The position numbers and the translations under genes are program-made. A stretch of 56,126 nt of DNA, counting the filler, from Asterionella formosa (Eukaryota), in assembly GCA_002256025.1 (NCBI GenBank). It is 5 parts of 5 records of this genome, joined end to end, with 100 filler letters (N's around TTAATTAATTAA, not from the genome) between each part and the next. Parts side by side here need not be neighbours in the genome. Positions count along the whole stretch, not along the records: positions 33,758 to 44,896 come from NKIB01008804.1; positions 44,997 to 56,126 come from NKIB01008816.1; 3 more parts are not named here. The stretch is one strand, 5' to 3'. The notes under the pieces were generated by a model. That model made no database searches. It was not told where the DNA came from and was given only the letters and a program-made list of their open reading frames with translations. Positions 34,167 to 47,732 of the stretch are shown here, piece after piece (position 1 is the stretch's first letter; each line of letters begins with the position of its first letter).

Positions 34167-34955
34167 ATGAAAACGAGAACCAAGGGAACACTCGAGGAAC
34201 GAATCGAGAAAGTTCGATCTGATTTGGAAGACGTGAAAGAAAAGCGAAAGGTTGCGCAATATAATTGGGCAGAAGCAGAAGCGGCCCATTTGCAAACGAT
34301 ACACCAACTGCACAATCAATGGTTGATATGCAAGGGTCGGGTCAACATCCAACTGTACACCAAGGTCATGGAACGGGAGTTCGGGAGCAGGCATCTTATT
34401 CCGCAAAAGGTTGTCACGCAGCAAGCACACTTGTGTCGATCCTTGCATCACATGGAAGTTCACGAAATAGCACTTGCATTAGTGGACGAGCAGAACAAGG
34501 AATTGGTCAAAATGATGAAGAAACAAATTTTGGCGATTCAAGAGGAAGAATCAAATGTTGAGATGGAACTGATGAATCAACTATGTAAGGTGGATGCCAT
34601 TGTCAAGACGATGCAAGCTGCGTTGGGCATTGTACCTGATCCCGATGATGATTGGCTAGTGTCTCTCTCTCGGTCCACCATGAGTCGACGTAGCAGCACT
34701 TCCTCTCAAGCTTCGCCCCATCAAGGGATGATACAAGCGTTCAAAGGGTTCTGGTCATTTAGAACAAGGTCATTATCATCATCGTCATCATCTGGAAAGG
34801 ACAGCAAGGCCGTTGCTCACATCTTGGAAGAAGAACAGACACCAGGAGAACCCACAACACCACTGACAACAGTGGAGGACGACAGAGATTCTTTGACTAC
34901 CAGAGTGAGCAATCGACGCAGAGAATCATTGGCCATGATTACCGGTACACAATAA
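34167..34955 (+). CDS. Hypothetical coiled-coil protein with Ser-rich disordered tail, 262 aa
   Basis: Clean ATG-to-stop ORF with heptad-rich E/K/Q/L segments, a QQAHLCRSLH motif and AT-rich flanks. Confidence 0.7.
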   Translation: MKTRTKGTLEERIEKVRSDLEDVKEKRKVAQYNWAEAEAAHLQTIHQLHNQWLICKGRVNIQLYTKVMEREFGSRHLIPQKVVTQQAHLCRSLHHMEVHEIALALVDEQNKELVKMMKKQILAIQEEESNVEMELMNQLCKVDAIVKTMQAALGIVPDPDDDWLVSLSRSTMSRRSSTSSQASPHQGMIQAFKGFWSFRTRSLSSSSSSGKDSKAVAHILEEEQTPGEPTTPLTTVEDDRDSLTTRVSNRRRESLAMITGTQ

Positions 34956-35232
34956 AGGGAGCGATCATTTCCTAGACATTATGGCACATATATATACATA
35001 TAATATTTATCTACATATTTCATAAATACCTGTATTAAGCATGATGCTAAGCAACAGCTATTCGACCTATGATATGATGGTGGTCACGGTCTACAAAACA
35101 GAACGGCATTTACGATGAATAGCGGTCACGGTGTCGCAAAACTACCGTTATAGGCTATAGAGAGGGAAAAAAGAAAACAACACCTTGCGGTGTCACCACA
35201 GCATTCAAACTATAGTTATAGGTGAGTTAAAA

Positions 35233-36650
35233 TCAGATATCAAGGAGAAGACGATTAGGATCAGAAACCTTGTCAGCAATAGACTTGAGAAAAGTCACAC
35301 CTTCACGTCCGTCAATAAGTCTATGATCGTAAGTCAAGGCCAAATACATCATGGGACGTGCAACAACTTCCCCTTTTGCATTAACCACGGCTCGCATTTT
35401 GGTCGCATGCATACCCAAAATGGCGGACTGGGGAGGATTAATGATCGGGGTTCCCATCAATGATCCAAACACACCACCATTCGAGATGGTAAAAGTCCCT
35501 CCTGCCATGTCATCCAAGGACAGCGACCCGTCCTTGGCTTTGGCACCGTACATGGCAATGTTGCGCTCGACATCAGCAAAAGACATGGCTTCCGTGTTCC
35601 GTAAGACTGGAACCACAAGTCCATTGGGACTGGCAACTGCAACACTAATATCGCAATACTCTCGGTACACCACTTCCATGGTTTCGTCATCAATATATGC
35701 ATTGACTGATGGGATTTCTAGTAAGGCAGCAGTCGCTGCCTTGACAAATGCTGACATGAATCCCAACTTGACCCCATGTCGCTCCATAAAGGCATCCTTA
35801 TACTTGTCTCGAGTTTCCATGAGATTTCCCATGTCCACTTCTTGAAATGTCGTTAGCATGGCAGCAGTATTTTGTGCATCCTTGAGGCGGACTGCGACTC
35901 GTTGGCGCATGCGAGACATTTTAGTACGACGTTCGGTACGTTGTCCCAAAAAGGCTGGTGAACCAGTGGGTGTTGGTGGTGCTGATCTTCCGGCAGTCGG
36001 TGGTGCTTTGGGAGCCGCAGGAGGAAGTTTCGCCGCTGCAGCAGCAGCAGGCGATGGAGTAGCAACAGGTGAAGCCGCAACAGGTGAAGCCGCAACAGCA
36101 GCAGTCGCCACTGGTTCTGGCGCTTTAGCGGCAACGGCCTTGGTGGTTGGCGCACCTGCTCCATCTGGAGCTACCGCATCAGTATCCAAACGAAACAGGG
36201 CGGATCCGACAGCCACAATGTCATCAACTTCACCTAGAATCTCCACAACTTTTCCTCCTTCTGGCGCACGAACGTCCACGCTCACTTTATCGGTTTCCAA
36301 CACCACTACAACGTCATCCGCGTGCACATAGTCGCCCGGGGCACACGGCAAGTCAACAATGACACCTTCAACAATCGAGTCTCCCATAGTTGGGACCTGT
36401 ATCGGAAATAATAATTTCATTGAAATTAATTCAATTTGTGAGCGACATTCAGGGGGGACTCCGCTGAAGATTGACTCCTTCGATTGGTCCGCAAGGACTG
36501 CAACAACAGATGGCACGAAGCACGCGCACGTACCTGAACGATCTTGATGGGCATCATCAAGGCAGGCCGTGGGGAGTAACATCTGGAGACGTAGCGAGCC
36601 GCTGGGGCACGACGCGTCGCAGCGGTAAGCAGACGAGCAAAAGTCGTCAT
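35233..36650 (-). CDS. DLST: Mitochondrial 2-oxoglutarate dehydrogenase E2 (dihydrolipoyllysine succinyltransferase)
   Basis: Exons 36650-36534 and 36396-35233. Arg/Ala/Thr presequence, lipoyl motif LETDKV, Ala/Pro linker, and catalytic [10 protein letters not shown]. Confidence 0.97.
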
Positions 36651-37201
36651 TGTGGACGACGTTGTTTTTGTGTTTCCTTCAGGAAGAAGCAATCAAATGG
36701 TTCTCGCAGATGATTTTGTCGCAGCTATTTTTATATATAAAAATGATGAATATAAATATATTTATTCATGTATATATATATTAAAGATCAATAAGTGCAA
36801 ATACTGTCTGTCATGCTGGTAGGCACAAATGCAACCTCCAGCAGATGTCAGCGCGCAGTTGAACGAATTATTTTTACTACCGTTGTGCTGATATTATGGA
36901 GTTACAGCAGAAGACGGTTCTTACAATGAGGGGAAAATATAGCTACATTTCTCGTTGACCGCAACTTACTTCAGATCCAACTGCATACCGGTAGTTACAG
37001 GGTAGACGTACATTCAGCGAAGGTACCGGTACCAGGTACCGGGTACTGTTTTGGGACGAAATGCCGTACGAACTCCTTTTCCTACGTATATCAATACCAG
37101 TGTATATGAAATGTGTTTTGATATATATTAAAACATACCGGTAGAAATAAAGAATATATGTTTGTGGCCACTTTTTCCTCACAAAGAAGCACAAGCAGAA
37201 T

Positions 37202-40200
37202 TTACTGATGTGCGCCCTCATCAGTCGAAGTAATCTCTACTAAAAGGTCGCCTCCATCTACTTGATCCCCAGCAGTCACTACAACCCGTTCCACTTTCCC
37301 AGACACTGGAGAACTCACAAAAGTCTCCATCTTCATGGCAGAGAGCGACAACAAGTGATCGCCTCGCTTAACGATATCGCCCTTGCTCACCTTCGTTTCC
37401 AACACTACTCCAGGCATGGGTGCACCGACACTTCCGTCGACTCCATCCAATGCCTTGGCACGTTTCACAGTCGCGGTACCGACAGTCCTATCAGTCACGT
37501 GAACCGTGCGAGGACTACCATTCAACTCAAACTGCACCGACACCATTCCATCCTTGTCAGCGGCACTCACACCAGTCAACTTCACCATCAGCTGCTTCCC
37601 AGGTTCCAACGTCACAGACAACTCCTGGCCAATCTTCATACCGGTTAAAAACGTCCGGGTATCCAAATAACTCAATCGGCCAAATTCAGACTTGTGCTCC
37701 ATGAAATCATCAAACACCGAGGGATACATGGCGTGGGACATGACATCGACATCACGAATGTCCAGATTGCCTTTTTTACGCCCAGACTCGGGACCCCACT
37801 TTTCCTTCAGCTTGGTGCGAGCTGAGGCTAAATCCATTGGAGCCATATCAGCACCGGGGCGACCTTCAAACGAGACAAGTCCATCGGTTCCCTTGATTGT
37901 CTTTCCTTTCAGCACTCGACTTCGGAAGGGTTCAGGAAATCCATAAGGAGGGATTCCAAGGCAGCCTTGGAAGTACTCAACCACAGATTGAGGGAAGTTT
38001 AGAGTCTCGGCCTTTTCGACGATTTCTTCTTCGGTCAGTTTATTTGACACAATGAATTGGGCCAAATCACCTGTCACTTTGCTGGACGGCGTCACCTTAA
38101 TGATATCACCTAGTAATCGATTGGCAGCCGCATAGGCAGTCTTGACCTGGGACCACTGCCCAGTTAAACCAAGTTGTGTTGACTGGAATAAGAGGTTGGT
38201 GTATTGTCCACCAGGCATTTCGTGAATGTAAACGTCGGCAGAGCCAGTCTTTTGACCAGACTCAAACGGGGCATACAAACCTCTGCATTCTTCCCAGTAT
38301 TCATTGACAGTGGCAACTTCACTCAAATCCAAACCAGTGTCAAGATTCGTCCCAGCGGTACTGGCAACAATTGCCCCCAACGATGGCTGAGAAGTAGTGC
38401 CAGACATGGCGTCCATGGCAGCATCAACGGCATCGGCTCCAGCATGACCAGCGGCTAACATACTAGCCACTCCAGTTCCAGCTGTGTCATGTGTATGGAC
38501 ATGAATAGGCAAGTCGGGATGCGCCTCGCGCAAAGAGCTCACAAGTAATGTTGCAGCTGCTGGCTTGAGCAACCCAGCCATATCTTTAATGGCAAGCACA
38601 TGAATACCCGCATCAACCAACTTCTGAGAAAACTTCAAATAGTATTCCAGGTCGTACATGCCACGCTTAGGATTGCAGACATCACCAGTGTAACAAATGG
38701 CTGCCTCAGCAATCCCGCCAGCTTGGCCAACAGCATCGATACCCAATCGCATATTTTCAATATAGTTGACCGAGTCAAAAATACGGAAAACATCCATGCC
38801 ATGGTCCTTGGCCAATTGGCAAAACTCGTAGACCACGTTGTCAGGATACGAAGTGTAACCAACAGCGTTGGCTCCTCGAAGAAGCATCTGGAACGGAATA
38901 TCAGGGACAGCTTCTCGAAGGTGTCCCAATCGATCCCATGGGCATTCACGTAAGAAACGCATAGCAACATCAAAGGTGGCCCCACCCCAACACTCAAGAG
39001 AGTAGGCATTTTGAAGTGCAACTTTCGTAGCGGGAGCAATGTTGAGCATATCAATTTTACGAAGGCGGGTTGCCAAGAGCGATTGATGCGCATCGCGCCA
39101 TGTCGTATCAGTTATGAGCAACCCTTCATGCTTTCGAACAGCCTTGGCAAATGCCTCGGCGCCGTCATTGTCAAAGATTTCCTTTAGTGAACGTCCCGTC
39201 TTGGGACGTGTTTCAAGTGTTGGAATAAAAGGATCAACACTGCTTGGAGGCGGACCCGCAGCACCAAGCTCCTTGGGAGTTCCATTAACAATCACGTGTG
39301 CAATGTACGCCAAGAGCTTTTGGGCACGATCTTGCTCCTTGAGAGGAGCCAACAAGTACGGGTTGGCGGCAATAAATCCAGTATCAACTACACCATTCAA
39401 GAACTCTTCATTCTCCAAAACATTCAACAAAAATGACTTGTTCGTTGATACACCTCGCACACGGAATTCCCTCAAGGCACGAACAAGTTTGGCGGCTGCG
39501 TCTCGACGATTGCGAGCCTTGGCCGTAATCTTGACCAATAAAGAATCGTAATGAGGCGAAATGCGGGCTCCTGGGAAACCTGGACCATCGTCCAATCGAA
39601 TTCCCATCCCGGCAGGCATCCGAAATACGTCAATGGTTCCAGTGTCGGGACGAAAATCTTTGGATGGATCTTCCGTGGTGACACGACACTGCATGGCAAA
39701 GCTAGTTGGTTCGATAATTTGGTCTTGAGTAAGGCCAAGTTCTACAAGTGTCTTACCCGAGGCAATCATGATTTGCGACTAAATATAAGAAAAAGCGTGA
39801 GAGGGCAGTTGGGACGAACATACATGCCTTCTTCAATGAATACATGTCATACCTGCACAACGTCCACTCCAGTAATCTCTTCAGTAATGGTATGTTCGAC
39901 TTGAACTCTTGGATTGACTTCCATAAAGTAATGATCTCCGTGCTTGTCCACCAAAAATTCCACAGTTCCAGCATTTCGGTACTTGGCACCCGACAACATG
40001 CGAACAGCATCCGCGAAAATGGCCTTACGTGTGTCCTCTCGCAACCCCACCGCGGGTGCTGTCTCAATCACCTTTTGGTGCCTTCGCTGCACGGAACAAT
40101 CTCGGTCATACAAATGAACGACATTACCAGTCCCATCTCCCAAACACTGAACTTCGATATGACGAGGGGCCTCGACATACTTTTCCACAAAGCAGCGGCC

Positions 40201-41613
40201 ATCGCCAAAGGCATTGAGAGCTTCATTGGAGGCTTGGGTAAACATGGGTTCCAGCTCTTCTGCCGTCAAGACAACACGAATTCCACGTCCACCACCTCCC
40301 ATGGCAGCCTTGACAATGACAGGATAGTTACATCTGTTCACGGGGTTGTCAATGTAGTCTCGAGCATCTCTGACGGTAGCAAAGGCAGCGGCTGATCCAG
40401 GGACCACAGGCACATGATTTTGGATAGCCAGTTCTCGGGCTGTCGTCTTATCACCAAATGCTTGGAGATTGGCAACGGTGGGCCCAATAAAGGTGATGCC
40501 TTCAGCCTCCAGAGCAGCAGCAAAGGCTTGGTTTTCCGACAAGAACCCGTAGCCCGGGTGAACGGCTTGGACGCCATTGTCCTTGCAGATCTTGACTATA
40601 GTAGCAATGTCCAAGTATGCAGCCACAGGAGACTTATCGGTGGATAGTTGGAAGGCTTGGTCGGCCTTGTACCGGTGCTGGGCGAAGCGGTCTGTTGGTT
40701 GCCATGGTGTGGTTGCAAGTAAGTGAGGACCATGTCAAAGGGTGTAAGGGAATCATACCGACACGGAATGTTGGGTGATGAAATGGTGAGTGATGTGGTA
40801 CAGAAAAACAGTACCAGACTGGACGTGGAAAAAACTAGCGCGTCATGAACCCATGCAGATCTTCCTCTGGTTGAAAACATCACGCGACAATAACGAAAAA
40901 TTCAACAGAACGAGAGACAAATGATGACAATGGCGCTCATGATATACATTGATGTTGACACCCCATTTGGAAACAATACAAAATGCGAAGGACCACGAAG
41001 AAATGGGGGATTCATAGCAGAACACCTTTTGTATGACAATCTGTCAATAGTGCAGAAACATACCGGTAATGCCTTTAACAAAAGTAAAGATATATATATA
41101 GATATTTTCCTTCAGAGTCGATACGATGGAAATCAACAGCATCTATTGGACATGGCAGGCAAAACGAGATTTCGTGCACAAACGATGCGACAACGCACGA
41201 AGTGACGTTCTGAAAACAAGTCGAATCAAGTCATTGTAGGTGTATAAGACTCGTCGGCCTATGGGCCGAGTCTCTGGCGAATGTAGGAGGATGTGTTCTA
41301 TCAAAAGTTACATACCTTCGTAGGAATAGATTCCAGCAGTCAAAGACCCAACTTCGGCTGCCGCTCGATTAATACGAGTAGCAATTTCTCCTCGATTGGC
41401 TGCCAAAATTTTGGTAAAGGGAGGTTGTCGGTAGGCCTTTCGAGCCACATTTCGGACTTCTGGAGGAGCCTCAACACTAGAAAGCGTCGATGTGGATCGA
41501 AGGATCTGATGGCTAGATGTTGTCAGATAGTAAGGCACGCCAGTCAATGTGGCAGTGGCATTAACTCGACGCAGAGCCGCCAAGCGTTGAATCCCAGTCA
41601 CTCGTCGAAACAT
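37202..41613 (-). CDS. PYC1: Pyruvate carboxylase, mitochondrial-type presequence, 1237 aa
   Basis: Exons 41613-41316, 40691-39853 and 39778-37202, frames consistent. Motifs ANRGEIA, GGGGRG, QRRHQK, RDAHQSL, HVHTHDT and biotin site AMKM. Confidence 0.97.
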
Positions 41614-42052
41614 GACGGTGAAATCGGCTGATGGCTGATTAGATGTAAGGAAAGGATAGTAACAGACTTACTTTGAGACTGTCAGCGCCTTGTTTCCGAT
41701 CCAGTTGAAATTCCAACCCAGGATCGGTTGTTCGCAATTTATTATGTTGCGCCGAAATCCAAACGTTTTGTGGAGGGAAGGATACGATTCGTCATCGCAA
41801 AGCGTAGCCCAATACCAATATAAACAAGGCCGAAGTGTCAAGAAATGCAAAAGAATAGCTTTCACGGTTCTCATCCAAATATTCATCCAAGTGTCGTTTT
41901 TGGTATCCCTATAAAGTAATGGCAAGCAGTGTGAATCAATAGGGATAATGATGACGTCATGAAGAACCAAAAGCTGGTATACAGGTGTATTGTTCGCAGT
42001 TCATTTCGCATTCGTTGCAAGACGGTAAACAGCAAAACAACAAAGAATCACG

Positions 42053-42450
42053 ATGATTGCTTCTCGCTTTGCGTCCCGGACCGCCATGGTCGTTCATCAT
42101 CAACAAAAGCGTGGATTAATTGATTGGATGGTCAAGTGGCCTGACAGGGTGAGAAGCGGACGAGAAATAGACGCGGACGAGATGGAGGATTCGCCGTTGT
42201 CACAATGGAGGGAATACGGAATCTTTGTGTTCGAATCGCTAACTATTGCTTCTTTCTTTTTTAGGTGTTGGAATACAAAAAGATCCAACTCAAGGGTGGA
42301 GTCCTTCAAGGAGCATCCAACCCCACTTGGTACAAGCAACAAGGTGACACGGCAGTGCTTGTATTTGGTGCTGCACTTGTTGGGTATGGAATGTTTCAAA
42401 CTTGTGTAGGCTACTACCACTTGGCAACTGGAAAAGGGAAAATTCAGTGA
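42053..42450 (+). CDS. Small mitochondrial membrane protein, cytochrome c oxidase subunit VIIa-like, 93 aa
   Basis: Exons 42053-42148 and 42265-42450. Presequence ends QQKRG; then VLEYKKIQ...PTWYKQQGD, one transmembrane helix and GKGK. Confidence 0.6.
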
Positions 42451-42645
42451 AGAGGCGACAATTACTGACTTTAGTGGACTAGCAATGTAGTTTTCTTAAG
42501 AAGCTTTTTCATTTTTTACATACAGTGCTCCTCTATAGGTATGGTTGTTTGTAATTTCTTTGCATGGTGCTTATCAGTAAACAGTATTGCTTGACAAATG
42601 CAGGTGAAAGGCTCTTCTGATAGCAAATGTAACCTGCCCTAGTTA

Positions 42646-43601
42646 NNNNNNNNNNNNNNNNNNNNNNNNNNNNNNNNNNNNNNNNNNNNNNNNNNNNNNN
42701 NNNNNNNNNNNNNNNNNNNNNNNNNNNNNNNNNNNNNNNNNNNNNNNNNNNNNNNNNNNNNNNNNNNNNNNNNNNNNNNNNNNNNNNNNNNNNNNNNNNN
42801 NNNNNNNNNNNNNNNNNNNNNNNNNNNNNNNNNNNNNNNNNNNNNNNNNNNNNNNNNNNNNNNNNNNNNNNNNNNNNNNNNNNNNNNNNNNNNNNNNNNN
42901 NNNNNNNNNNNNNNNNNNNNNNNNNNNNNNNNNNNNNNNNNNNNNNNNNNNNNNNNNNNNNNNNNNNNNNNNNNNNNNNNNNNNNNNNNNNNNNNNNNNN
43001 NNNNNNNNNNNNNNNNNNNNNNNNNNNNNNNNNNNNNNNNNNNNNNNNNNNNNNNNNNNNNNNNNNNNNNNNNNNNNNNNNNNNNNNNNNNNNNNNNNNN
43101 NNNNNNNNNNNNNNNNNNNNNNNNNNNNNNNNNNNNNNNNNNNNNNNNNNNNNNNNNNNNNNNNNNNNNNNNNNNNNNNNNNNNNNNNNNNNNNNNNNNN
43201 NNNNNNNNNNNNNNNNNNNNNNNNNNNNNNNNNNNNNNNNNNNNNNNNNNNNNNNNNNNNNNNNNNNNNNNNNNNNNNNNNNNNNNNNNNNNNNNNNNNN
43301 NNNNNNNNNNNNNNNNNNNNNNNNNNNNNNNNNNNNNNNNNNNNNNNNNNNNNNNNNNNNNNNNNNNNNNNNNNNNNNNNNNNNNNNNNNNNNNNNNNNN
43401 NNNNNNNNNNNNNNNNNNNNNNNNNNNNNNNNNNNNNNNNNNNNNNNNNNNNNNNNNNNNNNNNNNNNNNNNNNNNNNNNNNNNNNNNNNNNNNNNNNNN
43501 NNNNNNNNNNNNNNNNNNNNNNNNNNNNNNNNNNNNNNNNNNNNNNNNNNNNNNNNNNNNNNNNNNNNNNNNNNNNNNNNNNNNNNNNNNNNNNNNNNNN
43601 N
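42646..43601. other. Assembly gap within scaffold 4
   Basis: 956 consecutive N with no linker. Confidence 0.99.
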
Positions 43602-43989
43602 AGACCCAGGCACTGTTTCCAAGAGTGATCCACAATGAACTGCACCACCATGATTGCTCCGAATAATTAATAATTTTACACAAACCATAATTCCTTAACC
43701 AGATGCATATGTATATATACTACTACCATACCTGGTACCGGGTATCACCAGGTACCGTATATTCAATTGTAAAGTCACTTTTTAGCCAACAAGTATAAAA
43801 GTTTAAGAAAGACTACGTACCCGTATCTGGTACCATGTCCTACAGGGAAGAATACGAAATTAGCAGTATTGTATCTCGTTTTCCATGTTTTCTCATATTT
43901 CTTTTATCAACTGACATGGCAAGCTTGTGTGAACACATAATCACTTGTCCATCACCACAGCTTCATCCTCCTCGTCAGCCGAGGCCATA

Positions 43990-44550
43990 CTTGCAGCTAG
44001 TGGCAGTCTGCTTTCGAGACCAAAGTCACCAGAAGCGAGGTAAGGACGTTGGAAAGATTGCTTGCCTTTATTGAGCCATTCCCTTTCACAACCTTGAGCA
44101 TTCGAACCATGTTGCACTCTCAGCCAAGAAGCTCATGTATCGAATCATCGCAAAAGCGAGACTTTCCATGGCGACAATCAGGCTGCTATCACTTCTGTGG
44201 TTGACGATGTCAAGGCAATGATCTTTGTCGAGCACATGATGATCAGAGCATCCAAAGTGGCCCACACAATGCTAAACTGGCATGAATTTTGCAAGTGGAA
44301 CATGCGTTTTTGTATTAAAATGCAGGAGGCTTGTCTGAAAGTCCTAAAACTGATCCATCCAACAGTTGGTAGGAGTTGGATATTGCCTATTTTGACTTTT
44401 ACATCATGATCCGCCCATGAGCCAAAAAATTGGAGCAGTATGGAGTCTTTGGGTTATCTTCTGGTGAATATCTCAATTATGCGCTGCGTAATCTAGTGGA
44501 ATGTGAAAACAAGAAAAGGTAATTTGCAAAGGAAATGATTGCAAAGTGGA
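43990..44550 (+). pseudogene. Internally deleted pseudogene of a diatom-type class I cyclic nucleotide phosphodiesterase domain
   Basis: Motifs IACLY*, PFHNLEHSNHVALSAKKL, EHMMIRASKVAHTMLNWHEFCKWN and AKKLEQYGVFGLSSGEYLNYALRN. The middle HD-containing part is missing, and stops and frameshifts are present. Confidence 0.8.
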
Positions 44551-44896
44551 AACATTGTTGGCGATTATTGTACATTTTAATGCTGCAGCAAATTTCATCG
44601 GCCGGGTCACATGAACCCTTGTGATGCAACTGAAATGTATATGAATTTTTATAGAATTCTTTACATCAATTATGACGTATTCACTCCAAGCTGTCTTCTA
44701 AATCATTGATGAACTGAGGGTAAAAGCAATTGTTGAGCGAGGGGGCAGCCAGCTTTTAAAGGTACCGAAAAAACTCTTACGTTACTTTTACTTATCCAAA
44801 TCATGAAGGCGATAAAAATTCTATTTTACTCCTTGATTCTTCTCAATATCTCTAAACTTCTTTTCAACTTTGAACCTTTGAACTTCCACGAGTTGC

Positions 44897-44996
44897 NNNN
44901 NNNNNNNNNNNNNNNNNNNNNNNNNNNNNNNNNNNNNNNNTTAATTAATTAANNNNNNNNNNNNNNNNNNNNNNNNNNNNNNNNNNNNNNNNNNNN
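44897..44996. other. Artificial scaffold linker
   Basis: N44-TTAATTAATTAA-N44. Confidence 0.97.
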
Positions 44997-46307
44997 ACAA
45001 GGGCAGAGAGGGGGAGGACAAAATTTATCTATTATCGACGCAAGGTTTTCTGGGATACAGTGGCAGGTCTTGTTCGAGCTGGGTACACTGCACATGCTGC
45101 AATCGACCGAATCTATGAGGCATGGCCTGAAGACAAAAGCTGTCCTTCCTCTCTCCCGGATACCACGTACCAGGTAAAGTACCGATACTGGTAGTTTGTT
45201 AGCAATTCCAGCTCCAGCTATCGTCTTGCCATTCGGGTACTTCTAAGTAATTTTTAGGCTCTAAGTAATTCTTATTTAAGGGCAATATGGGGCACATCGA
45301 ATTTTTCGGCAAAAAAATTGCCAATTTTAGCATGACAACCAGAATAACGGTAATATGCGTAGAGATGGCACAACAAGGGTGAAACACACGAGAACGATTG
45401 TAACATGCAACATCAATGAAAATTGAACATGATGTTTGGAGCAACCAAAGGATGAAATGCGTTGTAATAAGTAGCATCAAATGAGAAATTGAAAAAATTG
45501 TTTTGGGTTAGAAATGAAGTTTAAAAAAGTTTCAATTTTAAGCATTGCCACATTTGTTTCAACCAGATTAGGCATCATTGTGCGACATTGTTGCAACAGC
45601 ACAAAAACCACTCTTTCACTCAATAAAAACGGTCCTGATCTGAAATGGCCTGCTAAAATGTCAAGTAAATGAAAATGTGGAGAACAATAACAGATTAGTG
45701 TGAGCTATCGCTGATATTTTACATCGGCCAGCCACTAAAATATTTGTGGGAAACTGAATACAACATGTCACTATCATAATTATAGTGTAAATAGAGCACT
45801 TATTGTTTCGTGTACATTCTATGGTTGTTGCACGTACCTGGACCACACCACCGGACATATAATGGTTCCAATTGTCATGAAAACGAGCATACCATCGTTT
45901 TCTTCTTCCTGCCAATCATCGCCATTTTGCAGTTGCGCAATATAGAAGGCAAGTTCTTACCATTGTTCTTCTGTTATACTATCTTACTATAACAAGTCCC
46001 TGACAAGGAAGCAAGGCAGATGCCATCACTATCAAGCCAATGTTTTGACAGTTTCAGCAAGAACATTACCGCAACCTACCGGTACACATTTCTGGTCATG
46101 TCACCCCCACAGTTACAAATTGCGAGGTCCGTTCTTCATCAAAATTTTTTTGATGTACCTCAATCCACACATCACGTACAAGAAAATAAAATACTTAAAA
46201 GTTAAATTAGCTTTTACCATTACGACCACTTGTTTGCATATGCTTAGATACTGTCATTTCGCGACTTTGGGGTATGATTTATATACAGATATGGTAAGGA
46301 CCCCATT

Positions 46308-46430
46308 TCTGGAGAGAAGTGGCAGTTATGTATCAGAGATTCGTAACTACCGCAAAACTAGTCAAAAAAAGGGGCTACGAAGCTTTTCAAAAAATCTACG
46401 ATACATAGCTAACTGCCACTTCTCTCCGGA
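46308..46430. repeat. Inverted repeat with 18-bp perfect core, like a DNA-transposon subterminal repeat
   Basis: GGAGAGAAGTGGCAGTTA (46311-46328) pairs with TAACTGCCACTTCTCTCC (46410-46427), extended by TGTATC/GATACA. Confidence 0.85.
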
Positions 46431-46717
46431 AGTTAACTCCTGACGTTATAGGGTACACGGCTATCTATTTTAATCGTCATGAAACCCCGTAGATGTAGAG
46501 CAATCATCTTCCAAAAAGACCGACCCGATCGGGTTTTTCAACAGTCGCCAAAATATTGGAATCGGAATTAGTACGTGCAAAAACGTTCTCGTAGACTTAG
46601 GGTCTTGCGTAGGTATGTTTTGCTGAATAATTCTCTGTCCGAAAAGACTCCAGGGTGAGTTCCCGCGTCACTACACATATTCTGATTGGTTGAATTGAAT
46701 TACTCACCTGCTCCAGA

Positions 46718-47003
46718 TCGGCTGCAGTATCTCGGTCTTGAAAATTACAATTACGCCAGCCATACTTGAACCACATGTATTAGATGTACTGTACCGGTAC
46801 GTGATAGGTAAAATAAGTACTAACGGTAGTTTCATCATCTATCGTCATTAATTAACCAAGATTATGTACTACTGGTACCAGGTCGGCTGCAGTATCTCGG
46901 TCTTGAAATTACAATTACGCCAGCCATACTTCAACCACATGTATTAGATGTACTGTACCGGTACCTGGTAAGTAAAGTAAGTACTAACGGTAGTTTCATC
47001 ATC
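46718..47003. repeat. ~120-bp direct repeat, two copies 165 bp apart
   Basis: TCGGCTGCAGTATCTCGGTCTTGAAA...GGTAGTTTCATCATC at 46718-46839 and 46883-47003. Confidence 0.95.
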
Positions 47004-47732
47004 GACCCTGGTACACCGTTAGTCTGGTATTGGTTTATATACCGGTATGTGCCTTTGAGTGTAGTGTAATACCGGTATGCCTTTTAGGGGGGTAGAGTAA
47101 TATTAAATCTACATACAGCAACAAAGATTCAATATAGACGGATAAAAAATATCATGAGTATACATATGGGCATACTCCTGATTTATATATGTGTTTTGGC
47201 GTGGAACAAATTATGTCTACATTCAGCAACATAGATATAGTAAAAAAGTTTAAATATCATTTTTGTTTGTTTAAAATGGAACTCTGTCTATCTGGTGCCG
47301 ACTCCTATTTAATTCAAATATTCAAATGGACACTCGAATCATGGGAACTCATAGCAGCAAACTCCCTGTTCCATGCCATTTTTACAACCCTAGCAGCGTT
47401 TTCTCCAAACTAGGGTTAAGCCGAGGGCCGCAACCTCAGGGTCGGTCTTATCTTTTATTTTTCGTGTATTTCGGAATTTTGAAATTTTTTGAAAATGTAT
47501 CAGCAACAGTAACTCGATTTGAACTGGATTTCATTCATTCCAAAAGTGTCACTGCATCACTAATTTGTGATCACATTGTATCATGGAGTAACATGGATCT
47601 TCAAGCAACGGCAACAGGCTGGCGAAGATCATGTGTATATCCCTCCAGAATATAATGATGGTCTTGATATCAAGCAGCAACATTAAATAGAATTACCGGT
47701 AAACTATATATTATATTAAAAAACACCATTGC

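Noticed and set aside
42533..43688. Three ~350-aa ORFs
   Set aside because: Artefacts of translating through the N gap.
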